NCBI GenBank assembly: GCA_043228905.1 | Contig: JBHGNT010000020.1 | Span: 8,060,001 to 8,124,000 of the forward strand | Direction of reading: 5' to 3' | Origin: Azolla caroliniana | Lineage: Eukaryota > Plantae > Polypodiophyta | Length of the DNA stretch: 64,000 nucleotides | Shown: one piece after another, positions 49,450 to 63,317 of the stretch | How positions within the stretch are numbered: the stretch's first letter is position 1 | How the letters are laid out: every line of letters begins with the position of its first letter | Position numbers and translations under genes: made by a program | Notes under the pieces: generated by a model | Told to the model about the DNA's origin: nothing | Database searches by the model: none | What the model saw: the letters and a program-made list of their open reading frames with translations, nothing else

Positions 49450-52400
49450 TTCCTTCTTTTTCTTGAGAATCCTATCAAGCGTTATCGTAGCCATGGAGTC
49501 AGTTAGCAAGCAAGAGTATCTTCGAGTCATCTCTGAGATCAAGCATCTCACAAATAAGTTTTTGGCTCTAGTGCAAGAGAATCAACGATTTCATGGAGAT
49601 TTACAACAAGTAAGCATAGAAAAAGGTAACAATATGACGAGTTATCAACACGTGTATTGCAACTCGAAACAACATTGCGGTCTCTTCATCAACAAGCTTG
49701 GATGCAACAATGCTCTCCCAAAGAACCAAAGATTTATTTGCCCGGAAAGTTCGATGGTAATCGATCACAATTTCGAGGATTTCTAAATCAGGTGCATCTA
49801 GTAATTCATATGCATCCTAATAGATATCCAACAGATACAACTCGAGTTGGACTAGTAGGAACCCTTTTAACAGGAACGACATTAGCATGGTTTGCACCAC
49901 TTCTAGAAAAGAAATCTCCTCTCCGTCAAGACTTTGAAGGTTTTATTAAAGAATTTCAAGCAAACTTTGGAGACATTGATAGTGTTAGAACGGCGATCTA
50001 TAAAAATCGAAGACTTCGTCAAGGGGATCGTTCCGCCTCCGCTTACGCCGCAGATTTCCGCCCCCTAGCTTGTGATATTCCATGGGATGAAGAAGCATTA
50101 ATGGATCAGTTTCGCCATGGACTATGAAATGATGTAAAAGATCGCTTACAGAAGCAATAAGTTGTGCGGTGCGATGTGACAATCGCTAATTCGAGTGATG
50201 TTGAGAACGTCAACTAATGTCACGACCAAGAACGGATCAAACATATGCTTTAGTAGTAGCCTCGACACCTACGAGAACTACCCAAACTTCACGCATGATT
50301 CCATCAAGTGGAGATCGATGGAGATCGATGTAACATGTCGTTGAGGACCTTTGTTTGAAGCTGAGAAGCAATGATGCCGAGCAAACCGTCTATGTTTGTA
50401 TTGTGGTGGTCTGGGACACATAGCAATCACCTACCCACATGGGCCAAAACGACAAGTAAATCAAGTAAGTACTAGTGAGAAACTTAATTCCAATTCCCCA
50501 GTTAGATCATCTATCCCTAGTAGCCCCACATGTCTAGGCCAGAGTCAGCTTGATGAAATATTAAACGAATAAGTCCAATCAAAATCAGATCCATTTGGTT
50601 CGACAAACCAGAATATGTAAAGTCAGCCCCAAGTAGTGGTTCCATTTTATCGAATCATGTTAGTAGAGTTTTTTCACCACAAGTTGATCTTAGCACTTCT
50701 AGGTGTCATCGAGTTCTTGCCTCTGCTCTCTTAGATTCAAGAGCCAACTCTTGTTTTATGGACAAAGAATTTGCTTTATCCCAAAAAATCCTATTGAGAA
50801 ACCTCCCTTGTCCTGCATTTGTTGTAGTCATTGATGGTCGCCCTATTGCATCTGGGGATAAAGTTGAAGAATCTAAGCCAATTCGAGTAGTCCTTGGTAG
50901 CTTTGCTTGTGTGATGTCCTTCAATATAATTAGTAGCCCTGAGTATCCGGTTATCCTTGGTTTGCCTTGGTTTGAGCTTCATAATCTTGAAATTGACTAG
51001 AGAAATCGAGCAATCAATGATTTACAACAGAAACCTGAATCCAACAGCCTTGTTACTACCAACCAAGATTCAAAACCTCACCAAATCTCGCCCATATCTC
51101 TACAAAACTTACGAGAAGACGGGCAGACAAATGAAATGTTTGTCTTTGTAGTAATGGCAAATCCATCCTCTAGTTCATAAGGGGCATGTATTCACCTCCC
51201 TACTAAGTACTTGGATTTTGAAGTCATCTTCAACAAAACTAAAGCTAGCTCTCTTCCAGACCATCATCCTTATGATTGTCCAATCGATCTAAAACCTAGG
51301 AAAGAGCCACCATGGGGCCCAGTGTATAATCTATCACCTTTTGAACTCAAGGCCCTTCGAGAGTATATAGATGAGCACTTAGCAAATGGATTCATTCAAC
51401 ATTCTAAAAGCCCTACTGATGCACCCATCTTCTTTGTCAAGAAGAAAGATGGGTCTTTATGATTGGTCATGGATTATCGAGGTTTAAACAAAATCACAGT
51501 TCGAAATAGATATGCTCTACCCTTGATACCGAGATTACTAGAGCGTCTTAGTGGAGCTAAAGTTTTCACAAAGCTAGACCTTCGAGGCGCATATAACCTT
51601 GTTCGGATACGTCCAGGAGACGAATGGAAGACAACATTCCATACTCAATACAGAAATTTCGAGTACACGGTTATGCCTTTTGGTCTCACAAATGCGCCCA
51701 CAGTTTTTCAACACATGGCGAATGATATTTTTTGAGACTTCTTGGATTCATTTACCATACTATATCTTGATGACATCTTGATCTACTCGAAAAGTCAAGA
51801 AGAGCATGACACACATGTCCACCAAGTCCTCCAACGCTTACGAGAATATGGGCTCTATGCCAAACTCGAGAAATGTAGCTTTGATCAAAACCACGTGGAC
51901 TTTCTAGGGTATGTGGTTTCACAACAAGGTATATCTATGGATCCATCCAAGGTGCAGACAATTCTAAACTGGGAAACACCTCGCTCAGTGCGTGATGTTC
52001 ATTGTTTCTTAGGATTTGCAAATTTTTACCGCAAATTTATCAAGAACTACTCGAACATCGTGATGCCTCTCACGGAACTTACATGAAAGAACAAGTCGTT
52101 CACATGGATTTCCAGTGCGGCCAAAGCTTTTGAAAACCTAAATAGAGCATTCACTTCTGCTCCTATTCTACTTCATGCTGACCTAGAAAAACCCTTTATC
52201 ATCAAGGCAAATGCGTCTGATTTTGCACTAGGAAACTTGTCGCAGGTTGGACATGATGGAAAGCTGCATCCAATTGCTTTCCATTCACGCAAATTCGAAG
52301 CTGTAGAGATCAATTATGAGATTCACGACAAAGAGCTCCTGGCCATTATAGACTAATTTGAACAATGGAGGCATCTCTTAGAAGGTTCTCCACACCAAAT

Positions 52401-54232
52401 CATTGTTTACAATGATCATAAAAACCTCACATACTTTCAAAATGCTAGAGTCTTGAGTCGACGCCAAGCTCGTTGGGCACAATTCCTAACACACTTTGAC
52501 ATCCTCATCACATATCGGCTTGGAGTAAAACAAGGAAAGGCAGATGCTCTATCACGACGATCTTATTTGGCGCCACAACCAGGTGAGCCCACATTTGATC
52601 ATCAAAAGCAAGTCATCCTGGGGCCTGATCTGTTACAACTATTGACTATTAATGCCTCTAAAGCACCTGAAGATTGCAGGCTCCTTGATTCAATCCGAAT
52701 AGGTATCATTTCTGATGAATTTGCTCAAGATGTATTGAATCATATCATTTCAGATCATGTGTCTTCTTCAAAATCCAAGTATCCTTGTAAAGATTATAAC
52801 CAGTTTCAATGGCAAAATGGGTTACTTTTTCGTAACACTCTTTTGTATGTCCCCAATGGTTCGTCTCGACCTCAAGTAATGCAATATTGTCATGGCAACC
52901 CAATGGATGGACACTTTGGAATCCACAAAACTTTGGAGCTAATTTCTCGAAACTATTGGTGGCCTCATCTTCGGGAGTTTGTTGAGGATTATGTTCGTAC
53001 TTGTGATGTGTGTTGTCGGTCAAAGATTCAGTGACATCGATCATATGGGTTATTACAGCCATTGCTAGTTCATTACTGGTCCGTGAAAATCCATCTCTGT
53101 GGACTTTATTACAGATCTTCCACTTTCAAAGGGTTTTGATGCTATCCTCACTGTAGTAGATCGATTCACAAAGATGGCGCATTTTCTTCCATGCACGAAA
53201 ACTATCAACAGTAAAGAAACTGCACATATCATTATGAAAGAAGTATTTTGGCTTCATGGTCTTCCAAATGACATCATTGGTGATCGTGATCCACAATTCA
53301 TCTCAAAATTCTGGAAACACTTGCTTGAAATGCTCAAAGTCTCTTCTAAACTTTCTTTAAGCTATCATCCACAAAGTGACGGTCAAACCGAGCGCATAAA
53401 TCAAACTCTAGAACAATATCTTTGATGTTTCATCAATTATCAACAGGATGATTGCGTGGATTTTTTACACTTTGTAGAGTTTGCATACAATAATTTGGTT
53501 CATTCCTCAACAAGATATCTCCATTTTTTGCAAACATATGATATCATCCTTGTTGGATGATGATCGAAAATCTAGAAATCTCGAAAAATCCTGCCACTGA
53601 GGACCGTCTACGCCAACTCCAAGAAGTTCATGTTGCATTTTCTCACCATTTGCATACGGCTCAAGCCACACACAAGAAGGTTGCGGATCGCCATCATCTT
53701 GACTCCTCACCAGAGGAACTGAAATTTCAAATTGGGGATCGAGCATGGCTATTACGACGTAATGTGAAGACCACTAAACCTTGTGATAAGTTGGATTATC
53801 AACGACTTGGTCCATTTATTATCTCTCATCAGATCAATGATGTTGCATCCCGCCTTTGATCTTCCCCCACACATGCATCTACACCTAGTATTTCATGTCT
53901 CATTGTTGGAACCTTACAATGTTAGTTCCATTCCACATCGGGTTGTTCTACCCCCACCTCTGGTTCAACTTGTTGATGGCCCAAAATTCGAATTCAAAGT
54001 TGTTTTGGACTCCACGATAGTACGTAATCTCGTGTACTGGTTAGGTAATACACCTAATGATCATAGTTGGGAACCGACCGAGAACCTTGACAACGCCTCC
54101 GATCTGGTAGTTGAATTTCATCGCCAATATCCAAATAAGGCAAGCCCCAATTCGTGTATTACGACTCGTGGAACTCATCATCCATGGAAGGAAATGGCAT
54201 CATGAGTAGATGAAACCCCATGAGGTTTAGGG

Positions 54233-54287
54233 TGACTCGAACCCGTGACCTCCTTAGGCGAAGCACTCAGCTCTAACCACTAGGTTA
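54233..54287 (-). promoter_or_regulatory. tRNA-like A-box/B-box cassette in the 3' LTR
   Basis: Minus strand TAACCTAGTGGTTAGAGC...GGAGGTCACGGGTTCGAGTCA; T8 to T54 distance 46 nt. Confidence 0.7.
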
Positions 54288-54862
54288 TATATGTTGTACA
54301 TCAAGATAATATTGATAATGTAACCCTATAAATATCCAAAGGGTTCCATGACCCTTTAATATCCCAAAGGGTATCATGACCCTACAAACATCCAAGGGGC
54401 ACATACTACTCCTATATAAATAGGACATATATTGTTAGAACAACACCAGTCTTTGGCAAATATTCTAGTTCTTGCACTTGTATATTTTCCAATTATAATA
54501 AAATATAGTCATTGTTCTCTCTTTCTTTTCCTCTCTTGTTCAATCTTCTTTTGTCAAGCTACGGCCTTGACAATCATCGCTTATTCCGAATTTATCGGAT
54601 GTGCCGACTTCTTCAGTTGATTCAGCTTCCTTTTTCTTCTTCTCGTCTCCCCCTATCTCTCCGACTCTTTGTCCGGTGCCATCACCTGTTTTCCCAGTTT
54701 CTGTTCTGGTTCTCCCCTCAAGTGTGGCATGTCGAGATGCTAAAGACCAAGCATCTTCAAAAAATGTTGCAACTTGTCCAGGCCGAGAGGTTTGGTGAAG
54801 ATGTCGGCAACTTGCCGATCCGTCCGAACATACCGGACTAGATCATCCATGCATAACAAGAT

Positions 54863-55143
54863 TGTAACGAAGTGGGAGGCAAGAGTGATTGCAATGCAGC
54901 GGAAGAAGATTGAGTGTGTGTGTGTGTGTGTGTGTGTGAAGCAACAGAGAGAGAGAGAGAGAAAGCTATATATTAACCAAAAATACATCAAACATAAAAC
55001 ATCCAACAGTAACTAAGTTACAATGCTTTGGTTTATATACCAACTAAGCTAGGGCAAGTGCCCTTTCTACTATTTACAAAACTAGCCCAATATGTCCATG
55101 AGCTAGTGTGAAACCTATGGGAAGTTGAGTTCAACTCTCAACA
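54863..55143 (-). mobile_element. Solo LTR (281 bp) in Copia C RT
   Basis: TGTAAC...TCAACA; TSD AAGAT at 54858-54862 and 55144-55148; contains (TG)n and (GA)n. Confidence 0.9.
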
Positions 55144-58100
55144 AAGATACATACCAGATCTTCCAGACCTTTTCAGATGAACAACGAAGAGTTCAACTTT
55201 GAGGCCGCAAACCCCATCTTATGCAATCGGTGCGTGATCTTTGAATTCCAAGCGTGGGGGGCTTGCTTCAAGCCGTAAAGTGACTTCTTGAGTCGGCACA
55301 CTGCGAACTTGTTCATCTCCGACTAAAATCCGGGGGCTGGATCATGTAGACCTGTTCTTCAAGATCGCCTTGAAGAAACACATTCTTCACGTCCATTTGA
55401 TGAAGATGCCACCCCCATGCCGCAGCAACCACTAGCACCACGCAAACCGTCTTCATCTTCGCTACCAAAGCAAAGGACTCGTTGTAGTCGATTCCATGGG
55501 TCTACACATATCCTTTCGCCACTAACCGAGCCTTATATCGGTTGACCGAACCATCAACATTATACTTGACTTTGTACACCCACTTGCAACCAATTGGTTT
55601 GCAATGTCAGGGAGGGTCAACCAGTTCCCATGTGTCATTGGCATCAAGTGCCCACATCTCTTCTTCCATAGTGGCACGCCATTGTGCATCTTTTGCCGCT
55701 TCTGCGTAGCTCTCCGGCTCATGCACTTCCGCCACTTTTGTCATGTACGCATAGTGATGCGTCGTGTACTCATTATATCTATACCTTTTGACGGGGTTCT
55801 TCTGGTAGTTGGATCGGCACAACTTCTTGTTTGCTGATTTCAAGGCCCTCTTGGCCAACTTGGACTTCGTTCCCGAAGGTCTGTCTTCGTTCCGTTCGGA
55901 GTTGGATTTGCCCCGATCCGACTCGTCTCTGTCGGTGGCGTATTCGGGCATCTTCTTCTTCCCCTTTTCCATGCGTATGAACTGTCTCCTTGGTTCCTTA
56001 CGGGAGGAGAGCACAGTCGAGTCTTCGCTGCTCGCCGGCTCATCATCTAGCTGGTCCTTCTGACTTAGCACTTCATTCGGCCCGCTCTTCCGAAATGAGG
56101 TCGGACTCTCATTTAGAGTGCCGAAGTCTTCTTCTTCTTCTACCCGGATCATTTTGGGGTCACTAGCCACATCCTCCGGAATCGGGTCGGAGTTAGAAAT
56201 CAGAGTCAATAGAGAGTACTATGATGCCAACTCATCAAATTCGACATCTCAGCTCACTCGAACTTGTTTTGTTCAGGGGTTATAGCACATATAGCCCTTT
56301 TTCTCATGTGAGTAGCCGACAAGGATGCACTTCTTCCACTTCGAGTCCAGCTTTCGCCGCTTATCATCTGGCACATGCACGTATGCAATGTTATCGAATA
56401 TCTTAAGGTGCCTTAAATTCGGCTTGCACCCGAAATATAGCTCATGTGCTGACACCTTATCCCCGATCCGGTTTTGGATGTAGATGGTCGTCCTGATCAC
56501 CTCAGCCCAGTAGAATTTGCGCATGCATTTCTCCTCAAGCATTGCCCTTGCCGCGTTGACGACAATCGACCGGTTCTTCCTCTCAGCCACATCATTTTGT
56601 TCCGGTGTGTACCTGCAGCTGAAGTCTCTCCAAATTCCTTTCTGCTACAGATAACTATTGAACTAGCCGAAAAAGTATTCTTTTCCACCATCCAACTGAA
56701 GGCACTTGATCTTTCTATCCGTTTCCCGTTCAACTAAACTTTGCAAGTTCCAGAAACAATCGAAAACTTCGCTTTTCTTCTCGATGAGGTAGATCCACGT
56801 GTGTTGGCGTCAGATGTAGTCGTCGATGAAAGAGACGAAATGTCGGCTCCCGCCAAGACTAACATTCTGTGTCGGTCCCGATACATCCAAATGGATTAAG
56901 TCAAGCTTTTTACAACTCTGGTTTCTTTCGGTGGGGAATGGAAGCTGGTGTTGCTTCCCAAGCTGGCAGGCTTCACATATTTGGGCCTTCCGGCCACTGA
57001 ATTTTGGCAATCAGAAAACAACTTGTTTTGATTGCAAGTCTTGAAGCCTCTGGTAATTGACGTGACTAATCTGCTTGTGCTAGAGGTCGATGTCCGATTC
57101 GATCTTCTATCCTTTGGCAAACAACGTGGTGCCTACATTGTTGGTGTTGAGGATGAACATCCTCCCGGTTCGGCGCCCTTGCGCAATTATCCGGCCTCCT
57201 TCCTCGATGAAGCACCCGAGGTGCGTAAACCACAACTACATACCCTGGTCGATGATCTGCCCGACCGATACCAAGTTCTTTGTGATTGTCAGGAGGTGAA
57301 GCACGTTCATAAGCTTCCCTTTTTGTTTGACATGACTCAAGGGAACTTCTCCGACATGCATGATCGGGTGGGGAGTGTCGTCTCCAGTTTCGACAACTCC
57401 CGGTTGCTCCGGCTTTTCCAGAAACGAGAACCACTCTTCGTGGCTAGTAATGTGGTTAGATGCTCTACCTCCGTGTACAACATCCCACTTGCATGGTTTT
57501 CTTTGACCATTAGCATCGATTGCAAGTCGAAAAAGGACGGTGGTTTCTCCCGGGTGAGGATAGCGGTCTGGATGGACCCGTACCTATGAACCAGACCAGC
57601 GAGGCAGATTTGCACCATTTCGTCCTCGTCTATCGTGACGCCAATGGACCCTAATGCGTCGCAAATCTGCTTTATCTTCGCAGTGTAATCTGAAATTGAT
57701 ATATCCTTTTGTCGGATATTGTTCAGTTCTTGCTGAAGTTGTAGCTTCCGGGCTGAGGTGCTTGCGGCGAAAATATTTTTCAAATTTTCCCAGGCTTGCT
57801 TCGGCATCTTAGCATCACTAATGTAGCCGATCATCTGGTCGTGCACAAAGGACCCAAGGAAGTATGGAACTCTTTTTGCTCATTGTTCCCATACCGAGAA
57901 CTCCTTTTATGACGACTCTGGCACTATTTCATTCGCACCCTCAACATAACTCCAGTATCCATGTCCGAGCAGATATTGGTGCATCTTGTATGACCAAGAT
58001 GCATAGTTGTGTCTATCAAGCTTCTCTGTCGGAAGTGAGCTTGCCATACCTCTGTCCATCTTTCTCTCTTTACCGGGTGTTAGGGTATTTCTTTAGTAAT

Positions 58101-61100
58101 CACTCGTCGGCTGCAGAGGTTTTCAACCTTCGCGCTCTGATACCATGTAAAGAATAGCATGCAGAAGCTTGTAGACAAACCGGCTCAGACGGATTACAAT
58201 AATAAGACAGAGAATGAGGGTTTAATGGAAGCTTAGAATACACAGTATACGGGAGTGGGAGAGAGAGAGAGAGAGAGAGCAGAACATAAACTGTATTCAA
58301 AATAATAACACTCTGTACATACAATGTGCGTAGTGAGCACTTTTATACAAGTCCTTATACAGACTTACAGAAGTACTTACAAGTACTTCAATGCTCATAC
58401 GAGCAACTATCACTGACTCCAAGTAATATTCCTATGTACTAGGCTAGATTCATAGGCCTCTGACGGCCTACCGGTTACAGTCTTATCCATCTCTTCGATG
58501 CTCCTGATTTTGGATACCATTCGGATACCGATCCAGTTCTCCGTTCCAGATACCAATCCGGCTCCGGCATCAAGTGGATGTAAAGAATGTGGTCCTCCAA
58601 GGCGAGCTTGATGAATAGATTTACATGGTATAGCCCCTCGAATTTCTATCCGAATTAAACACATTGGTAGTTTGTCGATTGAAGAAGTCCCTCTACGTAC
58701 TAAAACAAGCCCCCCGTGCCTGGAATGCGAACATCATGCAGAGGTTACGTAGGATGGGGTTTGTTCCGTCGAAATTTAACTCTTCATTGTTCTCTCGGCA
58801 AGGTCGGAATGGGCTGGTTAGCATTTTGCTTTATGTCGATGACTTGGTCATTGCTGACACCGACTTGGAAGAAATCGGTCACGTGAAGTCTCAACTAGCT
58901 GCATCATTCGACATGAAGGATCTGGGTGACCTTCATTACTTCCTCGGGACCGAAGTGATCTGCACCCCGGAAGGAATACTGATCAACCAACAACATTACA
59001 TGTTGAATATGCTCTTCAAGTTCGAAATGACGGATTGTAAATCTATCTCGACTCCTCTAGAACGAAACATGAAGCTTCCCCAAGGATCAAGAACGGTGTG
59101 TGACCCGACCCGGTTCCGATAGATGGTTGGAGGCTTGATCTATTTGACGATCACCCGGCAGGACCTCAACTATCCGGTCGGGCTGATCAGTCAATTTATG
59201 TCGCAATTGAAGACCGAACACCTTCAATGCGTGCAAAAGATCCTGACATATGTCAGAGGCACTAAGGACAGGGTGTTGATGTATCAGACTAATGTAGTTG
59301 AATAGCTTGTCGATTACACCGATGCTGATTCGGCCGGAAAATTTGGCAATCGTCGATCAACTTCCGTACATACATTTTCCTTGGGAACTGTGGCGATTGC
59401 GTGGAGCAACAAGAAACAACCGGAAGTTGCATTGTCGAGCACCGAGGCCAAATATCGAGGAGTGGTTGTCGCGACATGTGAATCCATATGGCTTAGAGGC
59501 TCTTGAAAGATTTGCATGTGGAGGTGTCTGAACCAACAGTGATATACTATGACAACCTCAGCAACATCCAGTTAATGTAGAACCTCGTCTTCCACGTGCG
59601 GACAAAGCACATCGAGGTGCACTATCATTTTGTCCGCAGGCGAGTTCACTCTGGTGAAGTTGAACTTACATATATTCCGACGGATCCGCAGACTGCCGAT
59701 ATCTTCATCAAACCTCTCGGCCTAAACAAGTTGTGGCATTTTTCAAGCATGCTTGGCTTGCAACATCTCGACATGCCGAACTTGAGGGGGAGAAGTCGGG
59801 AAAGCGAGAGCGACAAGGAGAGAGATGAAGTCCGAAGAGCCGAATTAGATGCGGAAATTGATTTCGGGACGATTGAAGAAGTCAAGGATGGATGATGCAA
59901 GGGGAGCAACCAAAAGAATGGGTCGGAGCCAACCTAACAAGGGGGAGACCGAGCCGAGAAAGGAAAGACAAGCGGTAGAGCCAAGAAGGGCAAGCCCGAC
60001 CTAAACGAGAAGTCCAAGACTAGGATGTGGGCAGATGTGGTTGAGGGCCTACAAGAAGACGAATCGGAGACAGCCGATTTGGTCGAGGAGAGTGATTCGG
60101 AAGAGCCAAATCACATAAAGGCCAGACAAACGAGAAGGCAACCGAAGACGATCCCAAGGCAGGAGAGTCGACGGAGTGAGGGGCGTCGAAGTCGCAGAGG
60201 CAAGAAGAAGGCCAACGAAGGCTTTAACATAAGATAAGACGACCGAGCAAATCGAGGAGCACTGGATCGGACAAGTCGTGGAGCACGAGCAAGGAGGCAT
60301 GAAGCTTGGAGATGCTGGAGCGGTGTACCAGTTGGAGCTGACAATGAACCTGAAGTTGAGCTTGAGGGGAAGTGTTGAGCGAGCAAGCTCACCTAGGGCC
60401 GATCAGTTGAAGAAGCTGAGAACCGGATCGGATGGAAACCGATCGATTAGGCCCGAATCGGCTGAAGAAGCCGAGAGCTGGGAGCTGGGAGCCGGTAGGC
60501 CATTAGGACCTATATTCCTCATAGGAATATTTTAGGTGTCAGTGTCAATAGCTCATTTATGAGCATTGAAGTACTTGTCAGTCCTTTTGAGGACTTGTAT
60601 AAATAGTGCTCACTGACTACGTTGTATGTATAGAATGTTGATTATTTTGAATCAAGTATTGTTGTCTGCTCTCTCTGTCTCTCTCATACTGTGTATCTAC
60701 ATTCTCTGTGTTTACCTAACTATTATACTTCCGAATAACCGACTATGTACTCTGTGTCTTCCACATATGTTTCCGCGCGTATTCTTTATACACCTATTTT
60801 TCAATAGAATATGTTAAGAGCATATCCTCTAGATTTTGCAACACCTTGTCACAATCAACAATGTGGTCAATGACGAATAATTTGCACCTATCCGTCCCTA
60901 AGGTCATGTATTCAAATAATGGAGATGTCATTGGAATATGTTAAGAACATATCTTCTATCTTATTATAGGGGGATTCTTGGGGGATCAAACAAAGGGCAT
61001 TAAGTCATTGGGCAAAAGCAATGCACAATTGTTTAAAAAAATGTATTTTATGAACTTAGACTTCGTTTTAGAATGCTCTAAAGTATTCTATATACATTCA

Positions 61101-62047
61101 ATGTTTTAGAACTTCCATTTTAAAATGGTTCACATATTCTACATTTTGTGAAAACTCTCGTGTGGATGTAGATATCAAGTAGGACGACTAAGCCTCTAGA
61201 CTAGTTGGAATCAAGGAAACATGTATTTCAAAAGTTTAATGATATAAATGGCTATATATATGAACAAATGTGAGAGAGATATAAGAGACAAAAGACAAAT
61301 TATCTAACATGACAATTTATTTATTTTTCTAAAACATGATGATCAAATACATTCAAATGGCACATTTATTAAACTCAACCAAGTAGTCTACAACCACCCT
61401 CAAAATGCACCTACCATTACACTTGAAATGGTGCACATGCAATGGCATACATTAGGCAAATGGCAAACAGCATTTTCATGTCTCCAAACTTAATTGACTT
61501 AAATATCTTCATTGCATCTTTAGATTGAACAAAAGGGCTTCTTAGTGGAGGTTAAGTTAGTGAGAGAGTGAGGCCAAATTCATCTAAGTAATTAATACAA
61601 CCATTATTACAAAGCGATTGCCAATATGTCACCAACTAAAGCCTAAATGATAATGTGGCCCCACATTATGACCTCAATAACGAGAATGAAATCCAACCAA
61701 GAGAAAAATAAGTTCAATGTAATGCATCTAAAGCATATCCAACTCAAACCCAAGATCCAAAGACTCCTTGCATGATATAAAGGCTAAATACATCCACCAC
61801 TAACCAATGACTCTACAATCTACAAAAAAGTCGCTCAAAATTAAAACCTAATACTCTTAATCAAGAAGAGGACATGTTAATACAGAAAAGTAAATTAATA
61901 TCAACCAATCATGTAACAAATTATTCAACGCTTGTAAAGCATCAGGAAACTCTAAATGGTTCTCATGTTTACTTCAAAGCAACACCCAAGAATTCAGATC
62001 TGCTACTCAAATCATCTCTAAAATATCAGAACTGAAGATGAAGAATG

Positions 62048-62167
62048 CTTCAATAGATATGCAAAACTGGCTAATGAATGCTGTTATTGTCAGTGGGTGC
62101 TTCAGATTCTTCTTCAATAGATATGCAAAACTGGCTAATGAATGCTGTTATTGTCAGTGGGTGCTTC
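62048..62167. repeat. 56-bp direct duplication (period 64)
   Basis: cttcaatagatatgc...gggtgcttc at 62048-62103 and 62112-62167. Confidence 0.9.
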
Positions 62168-62891
62168 GGATGCATCTGAGGTCAATCAAACTGATGAGAT
62201 GATATTCTGCCTATTCAGGTACTTTGTGAGATCTATGCCTGCAGAAAACTCTAGCACACCAACATTGAACAACATTGCCCGATATTCTGATATCACAATG
62301 CAACAAAGCAGTCCAAAATAAGCTGCTAATAGAGACTTCAAAAGGCAAACACAAGCACACAACACAAATAATGTTTCACAAAAAGCAAAACATGCTCTAC
62401 ATTCATCACATTCACCTATACTGCGAGCAAACAATGCACAGCTTCATATTTTCCAGTTGATACACATGGTAGACCGTAGAGCTATAACCTAGCACAGCCG
62501 AGTCAAAACATTTCACTGAATTTAAGACTGGATGAGTTCACAAGTAGAATGACCATATCACCTACAAGTGAGTTTGACTTGTGCAACTTGTGCATACTCA
62601 TGAATGAACACAAACTTTGATGTATCAATGTGATTAAATCACGTCAGCTTTTATTTATAACCCAACTCTCTTCTGCAGAAATCAAGAGAGTTGCGGCCAC
62701 TTTCCCGCACTGTATTAATGCTATGGTTGGCAGAAACAAGAATTGGGGAAAGAACTCTAGGATCAAAAAAATCAGTGTAGAACAGGAACAATGCAACATC
62801 CACCATTGGGTAGCTAGAGAGTTTATTTTTTGTCTCCACGCAGAGCAGTAATTGCACACGATATGTTGTCAAATGTACCACAAAAACATCA

Positions 62892-63317
62892 CTAATGATG
62901 TCCTCCAGGTGGTCCACCATGTCCTACCACCTCCAACTACAAATTCCAAATTTCATAAACACAAGAAAATTAGATTGGAGCTACAAATCTCAATCAAATG
63001 AGCAAATTTAACAATATGAAATCTCCATTTCCAAATAAATGACAAGGCATAAACAAAGCTCTATATTGCTAGATGTGCAATGAACTAACCTCGAATACTT
63101 GTGAGCAGACTGTGCATTCATAGTGTTCCCCTTTCTTCAGCTTAAACCACACAACATCATGCTCATCCTCTATAAAATCAAAGCAATCTCATAATGAGTT
63201 TATAAATGAATAAAAACAAAAGCACTGAAAATCCAAATAAATGGAATTACCTCCTACACCTCCAGAGCAGCCAACAATGCGCTCATCATACAGTGACTGG
63301 ATGATGGCTGGACTTTC
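62892..63317 (-). CDS. COX5B: Cytochrome c oxidase subunit 5B, last three coding exons (5' exons not identified, probably beyond the window)
   Basis: GT-AG exons 63251-63317, 63090-63169 and 62892-62936 give ESPAIIQSLYDERIVGCSGGVGEDEHDVVWFKLKKGEHYECTVCSQVFELEVVGHGGPPGGHH*, the plant COX5B zinc-binding C-terminus. Confidence 0.93.

Larger units (their letters stand above)
48929..54572 (+). mobile_element. Full-length but decayed Tcn1-like chromovirus (second family)
   Basis: LTRs 48929-49367 and ~54198-54572; decayed TSD GTCAC/ATCAT; gag, PR (LLDSRA), RT (YLDD), RH, INT (HPQSDGQTERINQ) and chromodomain (VLDS...YWLG...SWEP). Confidence 0.94.
47572..58565 (-). mobile_element. Copia element C (minus strand, internally deleted), hosting a Tcn1-like element and a solo LTR
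   Basis: 3' LTR 47572-47972 with PPT; 5' LTR 58146-~58565 (outer end lost); iMet PBS 58134-58145; gag, INT and RT fragments at 54700-58020. Confidence 0.9.
47341..60790 (+). mobile_element. Copia element D: RT-RNase H, 3' extension and 3' LTR (60373-60790), interrupted by element C at 47572-58565
   Basis: RT begins at 47341 (NKTWDLV...AAKG) and resumes ~58566 (HQVDVKN...YVDD...ADIFIKPLG...LRG); PPT 60361-60372. Confidence 0.85.

Noticed and set aside
45060-60790. One intact Copia bounded by the LTRs at 45060 and 60373
   Set aside because: The LTRs are clearly diverged and the flanks (GAAAC vs CACCT) are not a TSD
60800-61210. LTR or SINE remnant with a repeated gaatatgttaaga.catatc motif
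   Set aside because: Too decayed to define ends or class
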